From the human T2T-CHM13v2.0 reference genome, Homo sapiens, in NCBI RefSeq assembly GCF_009914755.1, contig NC_060926.1: DNA of 64,000 bases, one strand, 5' to 3'. This document shows, one piece after another, positions 27,271 to 43,524 of this stretch. How positions within the stretch are numbered: the first letter of the stretch is position 1; each line of letters opens with the position of its first letter. The translations under genes and the position numbers were made by a program. The notes under the pieces are model-generated. The model saw only the letters and a program-made list of their open reading frames with translations, was not told where the DNA came from and searched no databases.

Positions 27271-30200
27271 GCAGCTGTTGTTGGGTTCTTGATTTGATTC
27301 TTAGCTCCATCACTGTTGGTGTATAGCAGTGCTGCTGACTTGTGTGCATTGATTTTGTATCCTGAAAGTTTATAGAATTAATTCATCAGATTTAGGAGTT
27401 TTTTGGATGAGTCTTCTGGGTTTTCTAGATATATGATCATACCATCAGCGAACAGTGACAATTTGACTTCCTGTTTACCTATTTGGATGCCCTTTATTTC
27501 TTTCTCTTGTCTGATTGCTCTGGCTAGAACTTCTGTACTATGTTGAATAGACTTGGTGAAAGCGGGCATCCATGTCTTGTTCCAGTTCTCAGGGGAGTTC
27601 TTTCAACTTCTCCCTATTCAGTATAATGTTGGCTGTGGGTTTGTCATAGATGGCTTTTATTACCTTGAGGTATGTTTTTTCTATGCCAATATTGCTGAGG
27701 TTTTAATCATAAAGTCGTGCTGGATTTTGTTAAATGCTTTTTCTGCTTCTATTGAGATGATCATATGATTTTTGTTTTCAATTCTGATTATGTGATCTAT
27801 CATATTTATTTATTTGCATATGTTAAACCACCCCTGCATCCCTCGTATGAAACCCACTTGATCATGGTGGATTATCTTTTTGATATACTGTTGGCGTCTG
27901 TTGTCTAGTGTTTTGTTGATGATCTTTGCATCTATGTTCATCAGATAATGGTCCGTAGTTTTCTTTTTGTGTTATATTCTTCCCTGGTTTTGGTATTAGG
28001 GTGATAATGGCTTCATAGTATGATTTAGGGACAATTTGTTCTCTGTCTGTCTTTTAGAATAGTTTCAGTAAGATTGGTATCAATTCTTTTCTGAATGTCT
28101 GATAGAATTCAGCTGTGAATGCATCTGGTCCTGGACTTTTTCTATTGGCTATTTTTTTTATTGCCATTTCAATTCATCCTCTATCTGTTCAGTGTTTTTA
28201 TTCCTTCCTGATTTAACCTAGGAGAATTGTATATTCCCAGGAAGTTATCCATCTCCTCTAGATTTTCTAGTTTGCATGTGTAGGTGTTCACAGTATCCTT
28301 GAATGATCTTTTGTATTTCTGTGGTATCAGTTGTAATGTTTCTTGTTTCATGTCTAATTGAACTTATTTCGATATTCTCTCTTCTTTTCTTGGTAATCTC
28401 ACTAATGGTCTATCAATGTTATGGATCTGTTAAGAGAATCTGGTTTTTGTTTCATTTATGTTTTGTATTTTTTTGTATGAATTTCATGTAGTTCTGCTTT
28501 GATATTTGTTATTTCTTTTTTTTTCTGCTGGGTTTGGGTTTGGTTTGTTCTTGTTTCTCTAGTTTTTTGAGGTGTAACCTTAGACTGTTTACTTGTGCTC
28601 TTTCAGACTTTTTGTGTAGGCATTTAATCCTATGAACTTTCTTAGCACTGTTTTTGCTGTATCCCAGAGGTTTTGATAAGTTGTGTTACTATTATCGTTC
28701 AGTCCAAAGAATTGTTTCATATTCATCCTCATTTCAATGTTGACCCAAAGATCATTCAAGAGCAGATTATTTAATTTTTATGTATATGTATAGTTTTAGG
28801 GTTCCTTTTGGAATTAATTTCCAGTTTAATTCCACTGTGTTCAGAGAGAGTACTTGATATAATTTAGATTTTCTTAAGTTTATTGAGGCTTTTTTGGTGA
28901 CATATTATATGGCCTATCTTGGAGAATGTTCCATGTGCAGATCAAAAGAATGTGTATTCTGCAGTTGTTGGGTAAAATGTTCTGTAGATGTCTAAGTCTA
29001 TTTGTTCTAGGGTATAGTTCGAGTCCATTGTTTCTTCTTTGACTTTCTGTCTTGATGACCTGGCTAGTGCTGTCAATGGAGTATTAAAGCTCCCCACTAT
29101 TATCGTGTTGTCACCTATCTCATTTATTAGGTCTAGTAGTAATTGTTTTGTAAATTTGGGAGCTCCAGTGTTAGATGCATATATATTTGGAATTGTGATT
29201 TTTTGCTGTTGAACTAATCCTTTTATTATTATTATTGTTATTATGTCCCTCCTTGTCTATTTTTTACTGTTGTTGCTTTAAAATCTGTTTTGTTTGATAC
29301 AAGAATAGCTACTCCTGCTTGCATTTGGTTTCCATTTGTGTGGAATATCTTTTACCACCCCTTTACCTTATGTTTATGTGAACCTTTATGCATTAGCTAA
29401 GTCCCTTGAAGATCTCAGATACCTTGTAGGTGGATTTTTATCCATTCTTCCGGTGTGTATCTTTAAAGTGGAGCATTTAGGCCATTTACATTTAAAGTTA
29501 GTATAGAGATGTGAGGTACTATTCTATTTGTTATGCTGGTTGTTGCCTTAATACCTTGGGTTTTTTCCCATTGTGTTATTGTTTTATAGGTCATGTGAAA
29601 TGCATCATTTAATTAAGATCTATTTTGGTGTATTTCAAGGTTTTGTTCAGTATTTACAACTCCTTTGAACATTTCTTGTGGTGCTGGCTTGGTAGTGGTG
29701 AATTCTCTCAGCATTTGTTTTTCTGAAAAAGACCTTACCTCTCCTTCACTTATGAGGCTTAGTTTTTCTGAGTACAGAATTCTTGGCTGACCATTATTTT
29801 GTTTCAGGAGGCTAAAGATGGGACCCCAGTCCCTTCTGGCTTGTAATGTTTCTGCTGAGAAATCTGCTGTTAATCTGATATGTTTTCCTTTCTAGGTAAT
29901 CTGATGCTTTTGCCTCATAGCTCTTCAGATTCTTTCCTTTGTCTTGACTTTAGATAACCTGATGACTATGTATGTAGGTGAAGATCTTTTTGTGATGAAT
30001 TTCCCATGTGTTCTTTGAGCTTCTTGTGTTTGGATGTCTAGATCTCTATCAAGGCCAGGGAAGTTTTCCTCAATCATTCCCTCAAATAAATTTTCCTCAC
30101 TTTCATACTTCTCTTTTTCCTCAGGAACACCAATTATTCTTTGGTTTGGTATTTAACATAATCTCAAATTTATTGGAGGCTTTTTTTAATTCTTTTTTCT

Positions 30201-33200
30201 TTGTCTCTGTCTTATTGGTTAATTCAAAAGGCTTGTCTTCAAGCTCTGAAGCTCTTTCCAGTATATTTTGTACTTCTCTGAGTGTGTTTTTCATTTCTAG
30301 AAGTTGTAATTGTTTTTTTCTTTGTGATACCTATTTCTCTGGAGAATGTTTAATCCATATCCCATATTGCTTTTTGAATTTTTTAAAGTCGGTTTTTACC
30401 TTTCCCTGCTGTCTCCTTGAGTATCTTAATAACCAACCTTCTGAATTCTTTATCTGGCAATTCAGAGACTTCATCTTGGTTTGGATCCATTTCTGGGGAG
30501 CTGGTATGATCTTTTGGGGGTGTTATAGGACCCTCTTTTTTCATATTACCAGAATTACTTTTCTGGTTCTTCTAAGTTGGATATATTATGTCAGTGTTTC
30601 CAGTCTGGAAACACTTTTCAGTCTGGAACTCAAGGCCTGCTGTTGATTTCTCTGCTCCCATGGGTTGATCCTTTGGCGTGGTGCTCTCCCCTATCCCTTA
30701 GGATGGGGCTTCTTGAGAGCTAGACTGCAGGGATTGTTATTGCTCTCTTGGGTCTAACCACCCAGCAGGGCAAGATGGCTCCAGGCTGGTGGTAGGGAAT
30801 GTCTACAAAGACTCCTGTGATTTGTCTTCAAGTCTCCCCACTGTGGCTACCAGCATCTGCTCTGGTGGAGGTGGCAGGGGAAGGAAGAAGATTCTGTGAG
30901 AGTCCTTGGTTTTAGATATGTTTAGCTTGCTAGCTTTCTCAAATGCTGGTTATACTAGCAGTGAAGTTGTCATGTGTACACACTCGGGACCTCTGGTTAG
31001 CCAGGATGTTGCAGGCAGTGGAATTAGGTGTTGTCTTCTCCTTCCTGGAACTGGAGTTATTCTGTCATGAGTTGCTGTAATGGGCTACACTGGTTGGCCT
31101 CCAGCCAGGAGGTGGTGCTTTCAAGAGAGTACGAACTGCTTTAGTAGTAGGGGGCTCTAAGCTTGCTCTAAGTTGGACAGCAGATGGGAAGGGCCATAAA
31201 GCTCCAAAGAGTTTCTGTATTTTGTGTTTGGCTCCCAGGGCAGGTAGAGAAATACCATCAAGTGGGGGCAGGGTTAGGCAAGTCTGGACTCAGGCTCTTC
31301 TTGGGCGGGGCTTGCTGTGGCTACTGTGGGGAATGGGGAATGGTTCTCAGGCCAATGGTGTTAGTTCCGTAGGAGACCTTGGCTACCTCTGCTGTTTCAT
31401 ATAGTTTGCCAGGAAAGTGGGGGATAGCTGGTAGCAAGAGGCCTCACCCAGGTCCTACGCAGTTGGTGAGGCCAGTTTCACTCCTGCAGTGCCCTGTTGA
31501 GAACCTGCCTGAGGCTGTGAGCTTCCCTGCTGAAAAAGCAAGCATGGCTTTCAGACCTTGACCCTCCCTGTCTGCTGACTCCATTGGCGGTGTCTCCTGT
31601 GCTTCTGTACTCATACCTGTAGCAGCTCCCACTCATCCTCTGGATTCTGCTCAAGAAAATTTGTGCCTAGTCGAAACCACTATCAATTTCAGTTGGAAGA
31701 TTCCTTCACCCTATGACTCCCCCTTCCCAATTGTGCTGGCTGCCTTCCCCAAGAACCCCTGTGAGATATAGTCAGAGATAGCTTCCCTGGGCTCAAGCTG
31801 AAGACTCAGAGTGTTTGCAAGGCACTTCCTGTTGCTGCTTCTACTTTTATATTTATCATGACTCCTTAAATCCATTTCAGCTCTAGGTAAGGTGAAATCC
31901 TTTCTCCCTGATCTGTATTTTCAGATTCCCCAGTGGGGATGTGTGTTCAGAGGCAGGTTTTCCCCATCTCACACTTGGGGAACTCACAGTTTCTTGCCTG
32001 TTTCACAGAATTTGCAGTGGCATGCTGCTCCTTTCAAAGGATCTGTGAATTATTTAAATTTTCCTGGTACATTCCTGTGGTAGTTCTTGGAGCAAAAAAT
32101 CACAGTGTGAGTCTCCACATGCTGTTCTGTCTGTCCAAGTGGGAGCTGCATGTTAGCCTTGTCTCCCATCTGCCATCCTCCCAAACAATCACCTCTGTAT
32201 TATTAGTTGTTTTTTCTTATTGGGTTGTTTGAGTTGTTTGAGCTCCTTATGTAGTCTGGTTATTAATCCCTTGTCAGATGGGTAGTTTGCAAATAATTTC
32301 TCCCATTTTGTCGGTTGTTTCTTCACTTTGTTGATTGTATCTTTTGCTGTACAGAAGCTTGTTTACTTGATGTGATCCCGTTTGTCCATTTTTGCTTTGG
32401 TTATGTGCACTTGTGGGGTATTGCTCAAGAATTTTATGCCCAGACAAGTGTCCTGGAGATTTTTCCCAATGTTTTCTGATAGTAGTTTTATAGTTAGCAG
32501 TCTTAGATTTAAGTATTTTATCCATTTTTATTTGAGTTTTGTACATAGTGAGAGATAGAGGTCTAGTTTCATTCTTCTGCATATGGGTATCTAGTTTTCC
32601 CAGAACCACATATTGAAGAGACTGTCTTTTTTGCAGTGTATGTTTTTGGCACCTTTGTCAAAAATGAGTTCACTCTAGGTGTGCAGATTTGTTTCTGAGT
32701 TCTCTATTCTGTTCCTTTGGTTATGTGTCTGTTGTTATGCTACTACCATGCTGTTTTGATGACTGTGGCTCTAGAGTATAATTTGAAGTCAAGTAATGTG
32801 ATTTCCTCCGTTTTGTTCCTTTTTTAGGATAGCCTTGACTATTCTGGGTCTTTTGTGGTTTCATATACATTTTAGGATCTTTTTTTCTATTTCTGTGAAG
32901 AATATCATTTGTATTTTGATAGGGATTACATTGAGTCTGTAGATTGCTTAGGGTACTATGGATATTTTAACAAGATTCATGCTTCCAATCCAAGAATGTG
33001 GAATATTTTTCTATTTTTTGGTGTCCTCTTCAATTTCTTTCATCAGTGTTTTATAGTTTTTATTATAGAGATATTTTATTTCTTTAGTTAATTCCTGGAT
33101 ATTTAATTTTATGTGTGACTATTGTAAATGAGATTACTTTCTGATTTCTTTCTCATGTTATTCACTGTTGGCATATAGAAATGCTACTGAATTTTGTATG

Positions 33201-33667
33201 TTGATTTTGTATTCTGCAGCTTTACTGAATTTGTATATCAGTTCTAATATTTTTCTTGTGGCATCTAGGATTTTCCAAATATAAGATCATATCATCTGCA
33301 AAACAAAGATAATTTAACTTCATCCTTTCCAATTTTAATTTCCTCTCTTTCACTTTTCTATTGCTTCCATGGTACTAGAAGTGCAACATAGCACAGGAAT
33401 TACAGTACCATGTTGAATAACAGTGGTGACAGTGGGCATCCTTGTCATGTTCCAGACCTTAGAGGAAAGGCTTTCAGTTTTTTCCCATTTAATATATTAG
33501 CTGTTGGTCTGTCACATATGGTTTTTATTATGTTGAGGTATATGCCTTCTATCCTCAGTTTTTGAGGTTTTTTTTTTAATCATGAAGAGATCTTGAATTT
33601 TATCAAATGCTTTTTCAGCATCAATAGAATTTATCACCTGGTTTTTATCCTTCATTCTCTTGTATAG

Positions 33668-34103
<436 letters not shown>

Positions 34104-34775
34104 TAGTATTTTGTTGAGGATTTTTGCATCAATATTCATCAGTAACATTGGCCAGTAGTTTTCTTTTTTTGATGTGTGTTTGTCTGGTTTTAGTTTCAGG
34201 GTAATATTGGCCTCACAGAATGAGTTTGGAAGTATTCACTCCTCCTCTAGTTTTTGGAATAGTTTGAGTAGGATTGATGTTAGTTCTTCTTTAAATGTTT
34301 GGTAGAATTCAGTAGTGAAGCATCAGGTCCTGGGCCTTTCTTTACTGGGAGACTTTTTATTACAACTTCAATTTCATTACTTTTTATTGGTCTGTGCAGG
34401 TTTTGGATTTCTTCCTGGTTCAATCTTGCTAGGTTGTGTGTATCTAGGAATTTGTCCTTTTCTTCTAGATTTTCTAATTTATTAGCATATAGTTGCTCAC
34501 AGTGGCCACTAATGATCCTTTGAATTTCTGCAGTATAAATTGTAATGTCCCCTTTTTTCATTATTGATTTTATTTATTTGGATCGTCTCTCTCTGTTTTT
34601 CTTAGCCTGACTAAAGTTTGTCCATTTTGTTTAACTTTTAGAAAAAATCTTTTGTATTGTTCATTACAATTTTATTTGTGTTCTGACTTTATTTTTTTCA
34701 TATTAAATTTGGGTTTGGTTTTCCCTTTTTTCATTCCTTAAGATGCATTGTTGGATTATTTATTTTTTGATGTAG

Positions 34776-36586
<1,811 letters not shown>

Positions 36587-38313
36587 AATATAATTAGCTT
36601 CAAAAAAACAAATTTTTCAGTTTTCTTCTTAATTTCTTCATTGACCCATTGGTCTTTCAGAAACATATTGTTTAATTTCCATGTACTTGTATAATTTCCA
36701 AAATTATTCATGTTATTCTAGTCTTATTCCACTGTGGTCAGAGAAGATACTTGATATTATTTTAGTTTGTTTTTTTTTGGAATGTTTTAAGATTTTTTTT
36801 TGTGACCTAACATACGGTCTATCCTTGAGAATGATCCATGTACTAAGGAACAGAATGTGTATTCTACAGCCATTCGATAAAATGTTCTATAAATATCTAT
36901 TAGATTCCTTTGGTCTATAATGCAGATGAGCCCTGATAGTTCTTTGATTTTTCTGTTTTGAAGATCTGTCCAGTGCTGAAAGTGGCATGTTGAAGTCTCC
37001 AGGTATTATCGAATTGGAGTCTATTTCTCTCTTTAGCTCTAATAATATTTACTTTATATATCTGGCTTCTCCAGTGTTGGTTGTATATTTAAAATTGTTA
37101 TATCCACTTGTTGAATTGACTCCTTTATTAGTGTGTAGTGACCTCCTTTGTCTCTTTTTATGGTTTTGGCCTTGGAATCTATTTTGTCTAATGTAAGTAT
37201 AGTGACTCCTGTTCTTTTTTGGCTTTCACTGGCATGAAATATCTTTTTCTATCCCTTTATTTTCAATCTGTGTATGTCTTTATAGGTGAAGTGTGTTTAT
37301 TATAGCCAACAGATTAATGAGTCTTGTTTATTTTCTCCTTTTAGCCAGTCTATGTCTTTTGATTGTAAAGTTTAGTTCATTTACATTCAATGTTATTATT
37401 GACAAGTAAGGACTTACTCCTGTCAATTTGTTATTTGTTTTCTGTTGATTTTGTGGTCTTCTTTTCCTTCTTTCATTTATTCCAGTCTTCTTTTTATTGA
37501 AGGTAATTTTCTCTGGTGATATGATTTATTTTTTTGCTTTTTATCTGTTGTGTGTTCGTTGTATGTTTTTTGGTTTGATGTTACCATGATGCTTGCTAAT
37601 ACTATTTTAAAACCTATTATTTTAAACTTATAACAAAACTGTTTGGATAAACAAGCAAAAGGAAAACTAATAAAAACTCTATGCCTTAATTTTGTCCCCC
37701 GCTTTGTAACTTATACTGTTTCTATTTATATTTTATTGTACTGAATGTCTTGAAAAATTGTTGTAATTATTATTTTTGATCAGTTCATCATTTATTTTTT
37801 CTACCTAGGATAAGAGTAGTTTACACAGCACAGTTACAGTATTATATTCTATGTTTTTCTGTGTACTTACTATTACCAGTAAGTTTTGTACCTTCAGGTG
37901 ATTATTTATTTCTCATTAATGGGATGATTGATGGAGCTTTCTATTGTGCCATCTTGTTCCACTTCCCTCTCTCCTTTTCTTTTATATTTTTGGTTTTATA
38001 GAGAAAGGTTTAAATTTTTGTTCAAATGCTTAGATGTATACCAGTAATTTTATAATAACCTAACACATATTTCTTAAAGGTGCACTATCTATTGGTAACT
38101 TATTATAAACAACATGAAGATCAGTAAGTAAGTTTGATCTCTTTTGTCTGTCAGAGCCTCTAATTTGAAGTAAAATCCTTTTATTCAGCGTTAATTTTTA
38201 TCAGATGTTGAGTTTATTCTATGTTTCACCTAATCTCACCATTCTTTCCTAATTTTTGGTATTTGTGCTCTCTATTGTCAGATCATACAGGCATTACATA
38301 ACATACAGTTTCC

Positions 38314-38617
38314 AGCCCGGCACAGTGGCTCAAGCCTATAAGCCCTTTGGGAGGCCGAGGTGGGTGGATCACCTAAGGTCAGGAGTTTGAGACCGGCCTG
38401 GCTAACATGGTGAAACCCCCTCTCTGCTAGAAATTCAAAAATTAGCTGGGCGTGGTCGTGGGCACCTGTAGTCACAGCTACTTGGGAGGCTGAGGCAAGG
38501 GAATCGCTTGAACCCAGGAAGCGGAGATTGCAGTGAGCCAAGATCATAACACTGCACTCCAGCCTGGGCAACAGAGTGAGACTCCGTCTCAAATCAAAAC
38601 AAAACCAACAAACAAAA
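38314..38617 (+). mobile_element. AluSx-like
   Basis: Full Alu with A/C tail. Degenerate TSD ATAACATACAGTTTCC/ATAACATAGTTCCC. Confidence 0.95.
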
Positions 38618-38899
38618 TGTAATAACATAGTTCCCTTATAGCCATCACTTAGTTGCAGTCTTTAGTTCTTCAGATAAATATATATTTAATGCTCACTACC
38701 AGTCTTTGGATCAGTGTTTTTCTGGTTATGTTAGTTGTCTCAAGTTTAATCTTTAATAGCCTTCTTCATGAAGGGCTCTTAGGAATAGTATTCCCTGAAG
38801 TCTTGCTTATCATAACTGTTTGTGGACTTTATACCTGAAGACCAATTTATCTGGATATAAAATCCTTGGCTCCCAGCTTATTTAATTTCTGTAAAGTGA

Positions 38900-39425
38900 A
38901 AAGCCATGTTTGCTATCACAACCTCTCTTTTCCTAATAAAATTAATCACTATCATGTGAGTATAGTTACATTTTCCTGACTTATCTTTATAGTTTTGCCA
39001 CCTAAGTATGCATTCCTATACATAATATTTTAGTTTTGCTTTTCAAAAACTTCATAGAAATGAAACCATGTATTTTTCATGACTTAAAAAAATTTAAAAT
39101 CAAATTCAAAATCACATTTGTGAGATTCACCCATATTGTTGCATATGGCTGTATTTCATCTTAATTGCTATATAGTATTCCATTGAATGGATATGCAACA
39201 ATTTATCTATTGTATTGTTGACGAATATTTAGATATTATAAATTATGCTATTTTAAATATCCTGAACATGTTTCTCAGGGTGGAATTGACTGGAGTGGAT
39301 TTCCTGAGTCGAATTCCTAAGCCAAAGAGTCATAGAATGTGTGTAATTTTAGCTTGACCAGATAAAATAAAAAGTTTTCCATAGTGGTTGTAGCAATTCA
39401 CATTTTCACCAGTAGCCTGTGAGAG
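38900..39425 (-). mobile_element. L1ME-like 3' fragment
   Basis: TTTGTGAGATTCACCCATATTGTTGCAT, ATAGTATTCCATTGAATGGATAT, TTCCATAGTGGTTGTAGCAATT. Confidence 0.75.
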
Positions 39426-39520
39426 ATAGCCTCTTAGAGTTGGAAGAAGACTTGGAAAGCATCTCTTTCAACTCACTGTAAATATGATAAAATGAGTTTA
39501 TCATATTTAAAATATGAGTA

Positions 39521-39665
39521 GCTGTAGTTCGAGCTACTCCGAGGCTGAGGCAAGGGAATTGCTTGAGGCAGAGGTTGCAGTGAACTGAGATTGCGCCACT
39601 GCACTCCAGCCTGGGCAACAGAGTGAGACTCCATCTCAAAACAAAACAAACAAACAACAAAAAAT
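39521..39665 (+). mobile_element. Alu right-arm fragment (apparent local copy of the 38314 Alu) inside a MIR-like remnant
   Basis: Shares the non-consensus GAGGCAAGGGAAT, the tail pattern and the 3' flank with the Alu at 38314. Confidence 0.85.
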
Positions 39666-41271
39666 AATAACATAGTTTTCCTTGTAGTGTGTATCACACT
39701 TTATCATTTTAAACATGATAAAATGAGTTTTCAGTAGGTTGCAAGTGACCGACTTGAAATTCCATTGTGACAAGTGATCACGTTGGGTGTAAATTCCTGA
39801 TCTGGCTTTTCAGTTCAGCATTGTTTCTGTGACATTTTGATGGTAAAGGAATGGATTAAAAATGATCAAAATGAGTGCAAAATCTAAAGAAATTTTTGGG
39901 CCATACAGGAGCTTGAGCTACACATAACTCAAATGTACACAAGACTCTCACTGTTATGGAAAAGTACAATATTGATATATTGATAAACTCACATGTTAAT
40001 AAAAGGTTGATTTGTTATGCGTTCTGCTAATAAAGGCAGGCAAATACATAATGCATTTAGAAAGATTTTATTAAAATATTTAGATGAAGTAATTATGCTT
40101 AAATGAGAATTATTTAAATGGCTAAACATTTTACTTTATGTAAAATACTGTACTATGCAAGATGTGGGTAAATTATAGGTGTAACTCTATTTAATGTTTT
40201 TCATTGTTCTCTGCTTATTTCATGGTATTTCTCTAAGTTATAGTTCTTATGGATGTATCTCTTATTTTCCTTTTATCACTTTGCATAATACGTGTTGTGC
40301 ATTAGGCAATTAATATTTATTGAACATGTGATTCTCCTTATATCTTCTCACACAGTATGCAGCAAGTCCAGAGTCAAAACTGTAGAATTGACTGGGGCTA
40401 GGGTTGAGCTTCATAAATATTTCTGAGGACTATTGAAAGGAGTACAGAAGGTATCTCAGGAATTATGACTATAAGTTGAGGAAACACGTTTTTGTAACCT
40501 AATGGCTTTTGGTATGAAATTGGATTGGGAAAAAGAAAAAGCTAAAATTCTTATATGATCCTCATTTAGTGCAAACATAATTAACAATGTAAACAATAAG
40601 TTGAAAATTCAGAAGAGATTATTTTGAAAGGATCAGATGGTTTCTCAAAGTAAGTTCTTATGGCTTCAAATCAATGTCCAATGAACCTGAAAAGAGTAGA
40701 TGAGTTTAATTAAGTAAATAAAAACCAAAACAAAAACCAAAACTTTCAGACTCTAACTGCCATCTCCACAAAAGATGGCAGAACTTGGCATGTGGATTTC
40801 CCAGATAATGAGCACATGCCATAAATTGCTATAGCTCTTTTACACAGAAGCTGCAGTGAATGGTGAGGAAAGCATTCCTTTCTTATCAGCACAGGGACAA
40901 TAGCAGATGTAATTACAGTTTTCTGTCACCTGTGCTTGAAAGTAAATTTCTACTTAGAGCTGTATGGAGAAGGCTATTGTGACTATTTGGGGACTTGTAA
41001 ACATTTGTACTTGGAGAAAATTGTTTTGGAAGAAATAAGGAATTACTCTCCTTAAATGTGACCTGTGGGGCTTACGGCTCTTGTAGGATTATCAGTCTCA
41101 TTATTTTATGCTCCATGGGAAATAAGAGTCTCTTCTTTGCTCACCTTTATTCTGTTTGACCTTAAATATTTATGTAAGTATATAAATGTCTTTCTTCATT
41201 AACAAAATTGAAAGACAGGCATACACATAGACTGATCGTTTCAACTGGCTTCTAATAATATGTAATATCTA

Positions 41272-41598
<327 letters not shown>

Positions 41599-42649
41599 TT
41601 ATAATTATGTATGTTATGATGTAAATAACATAATTTATAACTTATGTATGCTTATGTAAATTATATAATGCAAATACTCTATTATAGGTTCATTAAAAGT
41701 TATAGGTCCAGAACACAATTGCTTTGTGTGAATCTTATATTGGTGAATTATTTTAGTGAGCTAGAGGGTAATATTATTTAATTTTGTGCTTAAAAATTCT
41801 CAAGTGTACCTAGATTCTCCCAGGCCATGGCATGAGTCTGCTTGCATTTGAAAAACACACTGTGTTTTGAACCCATTGGGTGAGAGATTGCTTTTTTACG
41901 GTCTTGGCAGAAGTAGAAAGGAAACTTTCAAGGTTGACCAACTCCAGGAATGTCAGGCATACGCTGTTTGTTATCATCTGTTGTGGTTTTACTGTTGAAG
42001 CAGGGATCTGTTTTTTTGCACTTTTGAGATAGTATTCTTCCCCTTATTTGCCATTATCTGAAATGTAATGCACTGCATTCTAGTCTTTTTTTGTTTTTTA
42101 GTCTACAGGCATTTTGCTCTCAGCAATTAAAAGGACGTTTGTGAAATTTAACAATGGGTTTTGTGTCACATCATAAAAAGTTCTTCAAAATTGACCTACC
42201 TGGCTATCCGTCTTTTTGTCTTTTGAGATATTAAAAAATAGGCAAACACAAAGAAGGCTGCAACAGAAATTTAATAGCTTCATCTAGAGCTGTTAAAAAC
42301 TGATGGTTTCTTCATATAGACATATGCACGTGCTCATGCACATCTGTCTTTGCGTAGAAATAAAGGTTACCTCAACCCACTTTCAGTCTATTCTTCGTTT
42401 CCATCTTCAGAAGTAACTATTATTAGGAATTTGAATACTTTTCCATTTTTATACTCTTACATACATTTATGTATCTATAATATTTCAACATATAGATAAT
42501 GCATAGACATAAATGCTATATAGACATAAACAGTATCATTTATTTTTATGCATTTTGTGTTTTTTGTTATTTATGGAAATAGATATTAGATTTAATTCTC
42601 TCTTGCTCTTTCCCTCTTTTGGGGTCTCCCTTTTGCTCTGTCAGGGTGT

Positions 42650-42783
42650 CCTGTGTGTGTCTCTTGGGAACTCTGTGTCTGTCTGTCTGTGTCTCTGTCT
42701 TGCTCTGTCTCCCTCTTTCTCTCTCTATCTCCCTCTCTCTGTCTTTGTCTCTTTGTTTCTCTGTCTCTCTTTGCTTCTGTCTT
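42650..42783. repeat. CT/GT-rich low-complexity tract
   Basis: Seen directly. Confidence 0.85.
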
Positions 42784-43524
42784 TAGATATAGAGTGTATC
42801 TAACCCAGAAAAATCATTCATTCCTTTTTTTTCAAATGTATTGGCTTTAGTTTTTACTGTCTTATGATTTTTTTTAAATCTCAGAAGTATCTTTGTAATC
42901 ATTTCAGTGGCTACATTGGAAGGTAAATTATTCTGTTAAATAATCATTATTCACTGGGGAAAGAACATTTACTCTAATGGCTCCCCAATTTTCAGTTTAA
43001 AAAATTAAACTGTTTGTGCAGATATACTTCCTTGGAGGAAAATGTAATCACCATTACAAAGAACATAGTAAAAATCTGGCTGCATTATGATGTGAATTGC
43101 TATCATTTTAGGCAATATTATTTAAATGAATGAAGAAGAAACTCAAACTTGCAACGTTTGAGGTAGCAAATAATACTCTCTCAATTTCTTGTTCTCTCCC
43201 TGAACCATTCCCCCGAAACAGCTATTACTTATCTTCTTCAAGTTTACCTCTTCAAGTTAAGTCAGTCCTTTAACTTGGTTATCAGCTGGTGTGCCATGTC
43301 AAATAGTATACTAAAACCACTTCACAGGCATGCCAAAAGGTGCTATGTAACATGAAAATGTATTTTTACCAATATTGTCATGGCAGTGTCTACCAGAGGG
43401 ATAATTGAAGTCTCCTGGTCATGTGATAAGGGTGGAGCTAGCTACAACCTCCTTTACATAACCAGTAAGAGGTATAGCATGTTGGCAAGAGGAAAGGCAT
43501 GTTTACTGAAGCACAGCCCAGGGT

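Noticed and set aside
30008-30646. 212-aa plus-strand ORF
   Set aside because: It is the antisense of degraded L1PB ORF1 with low-complexity F/L/S-rich translation.
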